Assembly (NCBI GenBank): GCA_046563655.1
Contig: CM102290.1
Coordinates: forward strand, 248,001-312,000
Length of the DNA: 64,000 bases
Source of the DNA: Yuukianura sp. NJ FZ-2021
Lineage: Eukaryota
Direction of reading: 5' to 3'
Under the pieces are notes generated by a model that did not search any database, had not been told where the DNA came from, and saw only the letters and a program-made list of their open reading frames with translations. This document shows positions 27,401 to 39,400 of this stretch, piece by piece. Made by a program: the position numbers and the translations under genes. Position 1 is the first letter of the stretch; each line of letters begins with the position of its first letter.

Positions 27401-30400
27401 TTTTCATCTTGATCTGGGAAGAGAGTACGCGGAGGGACTTGGAAGGAGAGCGTGTCTGGAGTGGGCAAATGTCACCGGAGTGTCTCTTCCTCCTTTCGTC
27501 ATCATCTTGTGTCTTTGGAGGAGGCAGTTGGAGGCTATACATGTATTGTTCCAAGGATCAACCCTGCCTCACAAAGGACAAGACGAAGAACGTGACGCTC
27601 AAACGAATTTTATGGAACATAAACGTGCATTGAATAATTACTCTCTGGCAGGGATGAGTGAGGAAACACCGAGGAAACGGAGGAAACAAGTCCAAGCCTC
27701 ATTGCCCAATTCGGTTGAACAATGGAGGCCTCATTACTTTCTCCAGCACACACAACCACACGGCAACAGCATCTCGCACAAAGTTGGGCTTTTCCCGCCA
27801 CCAGGATTTCAAATTCGGACAAAGTTGTGCTTTTCCCGCCACCAGGATTTCAAATTCGGACAAAGTTGTGCTTTTCCCGCCACCAGGATTTCAAATTCGG
27901 ACAAAGTTGGGCTTTTCCCGCCAGCAGGATTTGAAATTCGGAGAAAGCGGAGCCCAAAATGGCTGGTCTATCCTGTTTTGCTACACTTTTTGTTCCTAAC
28001 TTTCTTTTTTTGCGGAGAAAGTTGAGGATTTGGAAGGCAATTGTTAGGTTAAGGTTAGGTTTAAATGCTGAACTGTAAAGAAGAGGTTAGAAAGTGCTTG
28101 GGTTTTACTTTTAGTCTTGCTCTTCTTCCTGAATTCCAAATGAAGGAGAAAAGTGTAAGATTTACATCGAGCAGTTTCAGGGATCATCCCAAGAGGATTT
28201 GAAACAGGAAGGGAGGAGCAGGGCTGAATTGAAATTTGAGATTTGGCGGGTTTTTTGAAACTCGCCTAATTACTAGTTAGAACTGGAGATGATGAACAAT
28301 GGATGAGGTTGGGAGGGAAGTGTTGAATTCCAAATTACTAAGGTACAACGACTGTGATACATGATGTATCAAATTTTAAAGGCTGCGAATTCGAAATTTT
28401 GAATTTAAAAAACTAAAAAACCTTTTTTTTTTCTAAATTAAAAAAGTTTTTTTTTTATGAGAAAAATTATTTAAGGAAAACTTTAAGGATCAAAAATGTT
28501 TTTAAATGACTTTCTGGACGGAATTCGAAATTTTGCTTCTTTTTTGTTCTAATTTCTTCGAATTTTGATTTTTTTAGTCATAATGGGAAACTGTTCGAGA
28601 TTTCCTGGAACGGGTTGTATTGTAGTTGAAGATGCCAAAGTCCTTGCTCGCGGAGAGAAGCATTTGCCTGTGATGACTGACCACACTTCCATTTCACCCA
28701 GAAGTAGCGAAGGTCAGCACAAAAAGTCTATGATCAAGTCCCCATGGGGCAAATTTCACCAAAGTAGGCGGAGTTTTAATTTCTCAAAATCGTTTTCTGT
28801 TTTCAGTGGAGATGGTCTCCCCTACTAGTTTAATACCATTGGCCACTTCAGTTCGAGACGAAGACGATGGTCTCTCTCCAGCCGAACTCCCCTGGGGTCA
28901 ATCTCTCACTCGACGACTGGAGCCGTATGCCTTGTGGACACTGGAGCTGAGTCTGCGTGATAGTGGCTATGTCAACCTCAACCTCACGTTCCCCTGGGGC
29001 ACCAACTGGGCCCTCCTCTTCCGCCGCAACGCCCTCCCCTCTGTCACGCAACACGACTTTGTCAAGGTCATCAAGAACGGACGACTCGAACCGTACCGGA
29101 GAACTCGACGGCACCACCAGAACGGTACGACGGTACCGGAACATGATTCGGCCTTGGACGGGGGCCCTTGGGCCCATGTAGTGACATTTCGAGAACGAAG
29201 AGACGCCGGTTCCGCTGACCCTACGCATGTCATTCTGTCTGAGTACCTTGAGAGTGGCAAATGGTTTCTAAGGATACTCAATGACAACACGCTGCAAAGG
29301 AGGATCCAAGTGACGTCACAGTTGGACACAAACGCAGAAGTTAGGTGTCCACAGCAGTGTAGCGGAAATGGAAACTGTGTTTATGGAAAGTGTCACTGCT
29401 TCGATGGGTTTTCAGGAATTGACTGCTCCACGAGTAAGTTTAGCACGGTCAGGGTTTGTTGACTTTGATTTCCTTTAACAGGTTGGCTAATACCTATTTT
29501 TATTTCGATTTTCCAACTTTTCATTTCCGGGAATCGTAGTCATAACAATACAGCCATTTTTTTAAATTTTGCATGCAAATTGGTATCAATTTTTAGGATT
29601 GGTACCAATATTGGTATCAATTTTCGTTGTTTTTATTTTATTTATTTTTTGTCAACGAGCGAGGTAGTACTCGACCTGTTAAAGAAAATTAACTTTTCGT
29701 TGTCAAGGAACCTTGAGAACACTGCTTTTTGAATTTTTTAAATTTTCCCGTTTTTTTTTAAATTTCCCGGGTTTTTTGAAATGTTAATTGATGCTAATGG
29801 AGTTTCGTTGCTTTTGGTCATAGGTCTGTGTCCTGTGCTGTGTAGTAGCCATGGGCGTTATGGTGGTGGTTTGTGTCACTGTGACAGTGGATGGAAGGGC
29901 CTCGAGTGTGAAACGCTAGAATCCGAATGTGAAATTGGCAACTGTCATGGAAATGGAAACTGTGTCAATGGAAATTGTGTTTGCAAAGGGGGCTGGACCG
30001 GCTCATCTTGTCAACACCGTAAGAAATTTTTCAAAAAAAAAAAGTTCTTTTGGTTTTTGATTTTTTTGAAAGTTTTGCCTAGTGGACTGTTCCCCATCTT
30101 CTTTGAAAGTGGCAGATTTCCCGCCATGATCATCAGCGTCAGTTTCCTTTTGTGTTGGAAGTGTCCAACGACGTGTCATTCCCCTCACGTCTTCTCTGAA
30201 ATTTAATTAAAAGAGAAAGTGACGATGCTCCTGCCGGATCCTTGTCACTTCATTTGACTACTTCCCACCCCCGCCCCCACTTTGTGTAGTCCATGAATCA
30301 AAATCCGATTTGAGTCCTTGTCACTCATCCTAACCCCCCCCCCCTTTCTCACCAGGGGGGGGGGTACTTTGCTCAGTAGTTGATCACACTCTGAAGACCC

Positions 30401-33400
30401 ATAATCAATCTCACCAAGTCCCCCCCCCCCCTCTCTCTTTTTTTGAACTCCGAAATTCGGTTCTTCAAAGGCTAGCGGCACGTCCAACATTCATTAGGCA
30501 AAAAGGTCCCCTCTTTTCTGCGAATATGTTAAGTGAAAAGGCTTTTAGTTCAATTAAAATCTTGAGTTCTCACCCTGTCACATCCTCAAAAGTTGAGAGT
30601 GTCCAAGTTCCACACATCAAATCAACTTTTTTTTAAAAATGGTTTCAAATTTTCAAAACCTTGTCAAATTTTGAACAAAAAAAATCAAAATTTTAATAGT
30701 GCACTAATTTTGTGTTTGTTTTGTTCAGGTGCTTGTGCCGATCCAGCATGTTCGCAACATGGTGTCTGTATCGATGGACGATGCCTGTGTGAAGAAGGCT
30801 GGGCGGGAACTTCATGCAGGTATTCATTTTTTGAAAGCTTTTTGAAAAGAATTTTTGAAAAATTCTCCATTTTTGAAAGTGGATCTTGCCCCAGTAATTA
30901 TTTTCAGGTTAAAGTTTAGGTTGGCTTAACTCGAAAGTTTTGTAACAAAAAAGTGAAAGTTGCCTTTCAGAATTTCTTGAGAAGTAAAAGTAGGTTAAGA
31001 TGCTCAGTTTTTTTCCTTTTTACTCAAAGTGTCATATCGATTTCGTGTCAAAGTTCAAAAAGAACTTTTTTTTGAAACGTGCAAAAGTAAATTGTTTTCC
31101 AATAGAAAAATCTTTTGGCCTTTCCTAACTTTTTTATGTGTTTTTCATTTGTAGTTTCCCAGAGTCTTTTCTTGCCAAATGTCTTCCGGATTGTTCGAGC
31201 CGTGGAGAATTTGACGTCGGAACGGGGAAGTGCGTCTGTCAAAAGCCCTACGGAGGACCAAACTGTTTGGAAGGTAAGTAAGATTATTAAGTATTATTGA
31301 AATCAATGCATAGTTGGTTTGCAACTATTTTGCAAGGAAAAATACTTGGTCGGACTGGTACGCGAACCCAGATCTTACCTTTCCCGGGTAAACGCTCTCA
31401 CCATTGAGCGTTCACAGTGCTCTCCTACTCTCAAATTCTGCCTTTTAAATCTCTCTCTTTTCACTCTGACCTTCCTAAGTCCAATGTCACCGATATTTCA
31501 ATCGAGTCGAACTGAAACTTCCACTTGTCTTGACAAATGTCTCAACTTTCTCTTTTGACATGTCTTTGGCTTTCACCTCCTCTGAGACTGATTGATGCTC
31601 ACGAGGTGACGGCGGGTTACAATGGGGAGACGTTTTTATAACCTCCACACAGTTACTCTCTTCTACAGACATTGAACACTTACAGGAACAGAAAAAATTG
31701 AAAATTTCTCGGCAAAACTCAAAATTTCTACAGAACTAAATACTTCCAGAACAAGTTTCCTGAGTGTGTTTCCAGCACAAGCAAAAATAAAAATTTCATG
31801 GAACAATTGAAAATTTACTGAAAATGGAAAAATTCAAAATTTCCTGAAAAGAGTGAGAGTTCGGGTTGAGAGAAATTCGTTTCTCCGGGTACAAAAACCG
31901 GAGTGAATCCGTTTTTGGTTGGTTGGGCTAGGCTGACTGTGAGGTTAGGCTTTGGTCAAAGGTCATGTCAACTGTTTTGTGTTGAATTTGAGTCTGCGGG
32001 TTGAATTAATTGAAAAGTTGTGGGTTTGTATCCACTTGTGACTTGGCTAGAAGTCAAGAGGGGAGTTTGGCGGTTGAAAGTGAAAAGGAAACCCAAAAGC
32101 CCATAATTCATAATTCTCAAATTCCCATAGGAAAACCACCTCTTGTTATGCCACAATTCATGGACGGAAGAGAAAGTGATTTAAGGCCAAATGAAACTTA
32201 ATTAGAAACAATGGGCGGGAGGAAAAGCACTACTTTTTAATATTTCTACGTTTTAACTTACGATTTAACTTATGTACTTTTGTCCAAATAATTCAAAATT
32301 TGAAATTAGCGGGCTAATTTAATCAGCAAAGTTTTAACTTTCAACAATTCCTGATTCAAATTTCACTAATTTTTGACACAAAATTTAAAATTAACGAAAT
32401 TCAAGTTTATGAGGAGAAAGAATTTGTTTTCGTGGGCCGTAGTCGGCACTAAAGCCGTACGTCAACCAGCACTTTTTTTTAAAATTTGATTTTTTTTTTA
32501 ATTTTGAAATTTTGAAACTGAATTTTTTGATGTTGAATCATTTGGTGGACCTTGGAGGCTTGTTCGTAATTTGTAGCTTGAAAAGAAGGGCTCTTCCTAA
32601 GGTTTTGATTATGAGGCTTGGGGGCCCTTTGAATTATTGAGCAGCTCTGGTTTCCTTTTGTTTTGGTGGGGATCCCTTGGGATTACAAACTCCATTGATC
32701 CGTAGTGGGAGTTGGAGGGGGGCTTTTGCAACGAACAAGTCCATTGATCCGTAAGGGAGGGGGGCCCTTAGAAATTGTAGAATGGAGAAAGTTGTTTGAT
32801 GAGCCACGATTGGTCAGATAAGGGCCACAACTTCCTGGAAGGAGTCTATATACAGCTAATCCGCCCTTGTTCAACTGGCTAACGATCCTAATAGTGCCCA
32901 CTGTGTTGGTTGAGTGAGAAGATGAGCTAAGGGCTCACCGGAGGTGGGCCCTTGTTTTCTCCACACAGGAACCCATTAAGCTCGGAGACTTATGGACCAT
33001 CTCCACTTCATCTTTTGGCAACCAAAGTCCCACCAGCCCCACAATTTATGAACGGAAACTCTCCCGTGTCCTTTTGTCATAAAATCCCACTTCAAAAATT
33101 CCCTCCCATTTCACTTTCTCTCTCCTTTGATGCAACGCTCTTTCCTTTCCCGTCATCAAACTCTCATCAAAGAAGCGCCAAAATTTGAACCATAGACTCA
33201 AAAAGTTACTCTTTTGAAGTCTCGAATCCACTCGAGTAACAAAGACGCTTCCTGATTAGGTCTCTTGTTTTCCAGCAACGTTCACAATTGCTCTGCGCAG
33301 GGGCATCAAAAAGTCAAGACAAAATTTTCTTTAGCGGGGAAGTTTTTGAAAGTTTTCTTTTGGAAAATGACCAGAGAGGAAGTTTCTGGTGACACTTGGG

Positions 33401-36400
33401 CGGGTCATAGGGCAGGAAAGAGGAAGTGGGAACGGAAATTATGACTTTTCCTTCAGTTTGGACTCCCGCCGCACCCCGTTTTAGTGCCCTCTTCACAATC
33501 TTTTTTTTGGCGCGCTAAGGTTTTTCTTTTTGAATTTTATGGCTTTCCCTTGGTCGAAATGATTTTCCTCTCACTTTTACTACTTTCTCTCTCCTCTCGT
33601 GAGTAGCAATAACAAAAGAGGAGAGCCGCAGTGTGCTGCGTATTGATTCGTGTCTTGTCTGTTCTCTTTTTATACTTTTAGTCATTTGCGACAAGGACTG
33701 CGGCCTCAACGGCTTCTGCTCTCAGACGGGGATGTGTGAGTGTAAGGACGGATGGACGGGAGAAAACTGTGACGCCGTGACCTGTGACACGCGCTGTGCC
33801 GAGCACGGCCAATGTAAAAATGGAACCTGCATCTGTTCCGTCGGATGGAACGGACGACACTGTACTCTGGGTATATTTTTCAAAATTTTAAAAAGAATTT
33901 ACAGCCTGAGCGAAAAGTACAGGGCCTTTCGTCAAAAAAAAAGGTGAAGCGGCAAACTTAAAAATCCAAGTTTAATTTGGAGCTTTTTTTCGTTAAAAAA
34001 TGGTCTTTTTCGTGGGAAAATTGTCTCTTTTTTTAAGGAAAAATTCTCTTTTTTTTCTGGGAAAAATTGTCTCTTTTTTTCTTTTTGAGAAAAATTCTCT
34101 TTTTTTTTCTTTTTTTTTTAAATTAAATTGGATTTGTGATCTTGGATTAAGCTTTGCCTTAGAATTAGACACTTTTTTGTCTATGAACTTTCCAGTGTGA
34201 GGCTCTGTACTTTCCCCGCTTGGTTCTTAATGTCTTTCTGTTACGTTTTTGTAAGTTTGGGACAAGGAGGAATTTAGTAGCAATTACAATCCATCAATCA
34301 ACTACTAACTCCCCTCTCACAGCCCAAATTTAATCAATTTTAGTCACTCAAGCGAAGGAGGCGGAGGCCAAGTCGCTTCCAATTCTCAAATCCGTCATCC
34401 AGCGGTTTAAGCACTGCAGCGTCGTCTTTCCTTTTCCGCCATGTCATGCCAAGGAGATTTCCGGAAGGGGGGGGGGGTTGCATGATGCTGGATGCTGCTA
34501 TGGGGGATGACATAAGTAGGAGGGTTTAATTAGGACTGGTGGTGGTTGACTTTCTCTCAAAGTAAGAAGAAAGTTTGCTTTTGTCTGAGGTTTAGTGGAA
34601 CCCCTCGGCCCGAATACGACATTTTGGGTTGAAATATTTCGTGTGTCACTTTGTCCTTATGGAGACGACATATTTCCTCCAAAAAATATTCAGGAAGGCG
34701 CCCCATTATCGCCTTTCTCTGCTTTCTCCAGGATAAAAGAAGGAAAAAGATTAGGACTGGAGAAGAGCACGGCAGGAATACGAAAAAAATGAGAGTTCCC
34801 GGCCGTTGTACTTAAATTCCTGGTGGAATCAGAATTGCCCGCCCCCTCAAACCCTCCCCTGCGGAGGGGCGGGTAGGGTAGTATGAAGGAAATAATAATT
34901 CCTTGCACTTCTTTCTTCTTTCTGTAGCCGGATGTCCCAATTCGTGTACTCACAGTGATCATGGTTCATGCATAATGCAGGACGTCTACTCATGCAAGTG
35001 CAAAAACGGATGGGCCGGCCCAGACTGTTCCATTCGCCTCGAAACCAATTGTGCCGATGAGCTGGATAATGATGAGGGTGAGTGAATGGAGAATTCAAAA
35101 TCAAAATTTTGATGGATTTGATTTTTTTTTTTTGAAATTTTGAATTCTAGATGGAATGACGGACTGTTCAGACAGTGAATGTTGTGAAAGTGCAGCATGT
35201 AAGGAGCATCTGATGTGCATGACAGCCAATGATCCAGTGGAGGTTTTACTCCGAAAACAGCCGCCCAGTGTGACGGCTTCGTTTTACCAAAGAGTCAAGT
35301 TCCTCATAGAGGAAGAAAGTGTGCAGAGCTATGCCCAGAAAGACGAGTACTGGGAGAGGTATGATTTTCAAAAAAAAAAAAAAATTCAAAAATTGAAATT
35401 TTGAAAGTTAGGTTCTGAAAAAATCTGATTTGGTGAAAATTTTCGTAACTCTGTTTGTGGAAGGAAACCCTGTGGACTCTGTATCCCTTTTCAGCGTTTT
35501 TCGTGTCTTGTTTTTTGTACATGTCCTTTTATACTTACACACTTTATGTTTCTGTCCGCAAAACGACAAATTTCAAAAATTGGCGCCAAAATTTTTAATT
35601 TTTTGGTTTTCAAAAAGTTACTGTTTTTTGTTTTGAAAAACGCGGCCTGCCCAACACCATCACCACAAATACCGTCTGTCTCCTTCTGTTTTCTTCGTAA
35701 TTCCTAACAACTCACTTTCTAAAAACTGCTTTCACTCCGCTCTGTGAAACGTACAGCGTCGTTTTTCAAATTTCAACTTTAACTGAGCCGCCAAATTCAA
35801 ATTTTTGTTTTTAAAAAATAACCTTGTTAAAGCATTTTATAAAAAATTAACGCTTCAACAGTTTTTTTTCTGAAAAATTTGTGCTCCTCAACAGACAAAC
35901 TTTCTCTTTTTTACGCACGTTTTTTTTCTCTCATGCTCACAATCCTTATCCTCATAAATGTTTTTTTTTCATAAAAGCAAGAACAAGAAATGTGTTTTTT
36001 TTTAAATTTTGAAATTGCCCTCCAGAAACCAAAAAAACAGAAAACCTTGTTGTTAAATTTGTGTGCGTGTGAGTTGTTTAATCTGCAACTAATTTTGGCG
36101 TTGTTTATTTATTCTTTCTGATCACAACCGTCTCACACACTTTCCTTCTGTGTCTCCAAATAGTCACTTTTGGAGCTCTTTCGAGCATCGGTAAGTCAAA
36201 ATCAAAGTTGGCGTTGTTTACTTTTTCTGTTATGCAAATTTCTATGACCTCTTGACCTCTTTTCAATTTTTGTTTTTTTTTAAACAGAAAAAAGAAACTT
36301 AAATGAAAAAAGAAAAAAAATGTAGCAACTTTTTTTTTAGACTTTTCTAACTTTCTAGCTTGTGGAAGCTAACGCCGCCATTTTTTTTTTTTTTTTGAAT

Positions 36401-39400
36401 TTTGAGGTTAAACCTGTAGGTTGTTTTTTTAAATCTGCCGCCAGAATTTCTAATTTCACTTTCCGCTTGTTCTAAAAACAAAAAAAGAAGCCGCCTTGTT
36501 CAAAATGGAGGTGATGGGCGCAGACTTGGTCAATTTTGTCCTTCCCTTTGTGTCCCTGTCTCTGTCTCGTCTCTCTCCGTCCTCACTCCACCCTAACCCT
36601 AACCTTGTCAACTTTAATTAACTAACTTCACTAACTACAACTTGATTAATTGCCAGAATGAAGAGTTTAGGTTGGGAAAGGTCCAGTTTTTAGGTCATTT
36701 CAGTTTCAGTTGACCACTTTTTATTCTTTCTGTCTTTTTCTCTTCAATGAACTTTTGAGGCAGTGAAAGTTCAGGAGAGGAGACAGAAGACTTGGCTTCA
36801 ATTTGGGGTGGGATTTGTTTGCAGGAGGGTGGCTGTCATCAGAGGTCAAGTTCTGTCGGCTGATGGACTCGGAGTCGTGGGCATTCGGGTCAGCGTAGAC
36901 AAGAGTCAGCGACTCGGGTTCACACTCACACGTAAAGGAGGATGGTATGACAACTTAATTCCTTCTCACTTTTTCGGAAATTTAAAAGTACAGAGCCTTT
37001 TTGAATGTACGTCTCAGAACGGAAATTCCAAACAAGTTAAACAGTGTAGCAAAATTAGGGGTGTAAATCCGGATTTTTGACGACGGATTCGGGTTCTTCA
37101 AATCCGGATTCCAAATAACGGATTCCGTTATCAAGCTGTTTTTTTTTTGGCACTTGGAGTTTAAAACCAACGATGTTCATAAGTTTGAAAAACTAAAAAA
37201 TTTCTTACGGAAATCCTATGTATTTGGAATCCGGACTTTTTAATCACAATCCGAAATCCGGATTTCTAGAAGGCGGGGACGGGTTTACACCCCGAAGCAA
37301 AATATTATCTGTTTACGTTTTTGAATTAGAAAAAAACTGCTCTGTACTTTCATCTCGGATTTGTGTAGGACCGAGTTTTTTTTTGTTTCAGGTTCGATAT
37401 GCTTGTAAATGGAGGTGGTTCAGTGACACTTCAGTTTCAACGAAATCCGTTTCGACCATTGACCCGTACCGTATTTGCTCCTTGGAACGAAATCGTCGTT
37501 CTGGATCCGCCGGTGATCATGACCGTAGGTGGGACGCACATGCGTGACTTGAATCAAGACGAAAGTAGCGAGGCTCAGGCGCCATGTCACGACCACAACC
37601 TAGATCTCCTCAATCCCATTGTCCTCTCTTCCTGGTTTCCGGAAATGGTCGGAGGAAATCCGAATCGAAGTTTCATCTTTGGAGAGACGCAGGTAATATA
37701 AAAAAAACTCAAACTTTTGTTTAAATTGTGACATCTTTAAGTCCTAGTGACCTCGTCACCAGTTCAACTCAACGCTGGTGCTGTCCTACTGTCCCATTTC
37801 GACTTTCATACTTCAAAAAAATACAAAGTTAAGGACGAGAGGCCACCACCGGAAAACTGGAAAAGTTTTCCCATTAGATGGGATTTTTACTTGGTTCTTT
37901 TAGCTCATCTTTTTCCACTTGGCATCACATGTCAACTCTCTTCATCTTTGAGAAAAAGAGGAAAAACAATTCTGGAAAAAATGTTTTTGGTCTTTTTTAT
38001 AAGTAAGGAAATTCTAAGATGAACCCGAAAGTCGTTTCGGAAGTTTTTCAAAGTTCAGAACAACTTTTTCCAAAATGCAAAAATTATGAGCAATAATTTT
38101 TTCTTGTGGTTGGCCTAAACCGGAAACTTTTTTTGAACAAACCGATAGTTTTCGAATCAGAAATTTTGAAAAGTTGGAAACGAAGAACACTAACCTTGTT
38201 CATTTTTTCAGATTTTGCAAGAAAGTATTGGAATTCCTGGGAGTGGTGTGCATTTGCTGTACCACAGTAGTCAGTCGTCTGGTTACCTAGCAACCATCTT
38301 AATGCAACTGACAGGATCCGCTCTTCCACCGAATCTGGTTCTGATTCACCTCAAAATCACAATCGAGGGCGAATTGTACAAGAAAACGTTCGAAGCAGAT
38401 CCCAACATCACGTACACTTTTGGTTGGAAAAAACGGAACGTGTATCAGCAAAAAGTGTTTGGACTGGCAGCGGCTCGGGTTGCCATTGGCTACGAGTACT
38501 CAACGTGCGGAGAGCCCATTTGGACCCTGAGGACGGTGACCCTTAAGGGCTATGACGTGGACATTGCTGATGTGGGCGGCTGGAATCTGGACATTCACCA
38601 CCACTATAACTTCCATGAAGGGATTCTGCAAAAGGGAGATGGATCGGAAGTACACTTGAAGGAAATGCCACGACTCGTGAAACCACTCTTTGGAAACAGG
38701 GGTCAACAGAGGTCACTGCTCTGTGACCCTTGTGACACGACGCTCTTGTCACCAGTTGCCTTGACAACTGGACCGGATGGAAGTTTATACGTGGGAGACT
38801 TCAATCTCATCCGTCGCATTCTTCCGGACAATCAAACGCATACGATACTTCAACTCAGGTATGAAATTTTGAACCACCCGAATTCAAATTTCAAATTTTA
38901 GCAAAATTTTTATTGCCTTTTTTGAATTTCAGTGCCACCAAAGTGTCTCACCAATATTTCATGGCAATTTCCCCAGCGGATGGTCATCTCTACATTTCGG
39001 ATCCAGAAAAGTACCAGGTACAAAATTTTGAAAAAGTAGAATTTTGATCCAAAAATGTTCAAAATTTTGAAAAATTTCGTTTTTTGAAGGTATTGAGAGT
39101 AAACAAAATGGACGACGTTGGTGATCCGCGTGTCAACTGGTCACCCGTAATCGGAACTGGACTCAAATGTGTGCCTGGAGACCCGGATAGTTGTGGTGAC
39201 GGAAGTTCAGCCAAGTTGGCCAAACTGAATCATCCGAAAGGCTTGGCCGTGACCAGTAGCGGTGCAATTTACTTAGCTGATGGTCCAAATCTCCGCTATG
39301 TCAATTCATATGGAATCATTCACACTTTGGTGGGAAAGCAGAATCCATGGGCTGTTCGCGGGATTGTTAAAACTTCGGATTTTGAAAACTGCCTCCTCGC

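Noticed and set aside
27183..28025. 280-aa ORF and overlapping ORFs with repeated peptide units
   Set aside because: The length is inflated by the stop-free 41-bp repeat, which is not a multiple of 3. There is no recognisable domain and it lies in a Ten-a intron.
31580..31635. Possible hammerhead ribozyme next to the tRNA-like fragment
   Set aside because: A CTGA-T-TGA-like word is present, but there is no GAAA core or consistent stems.
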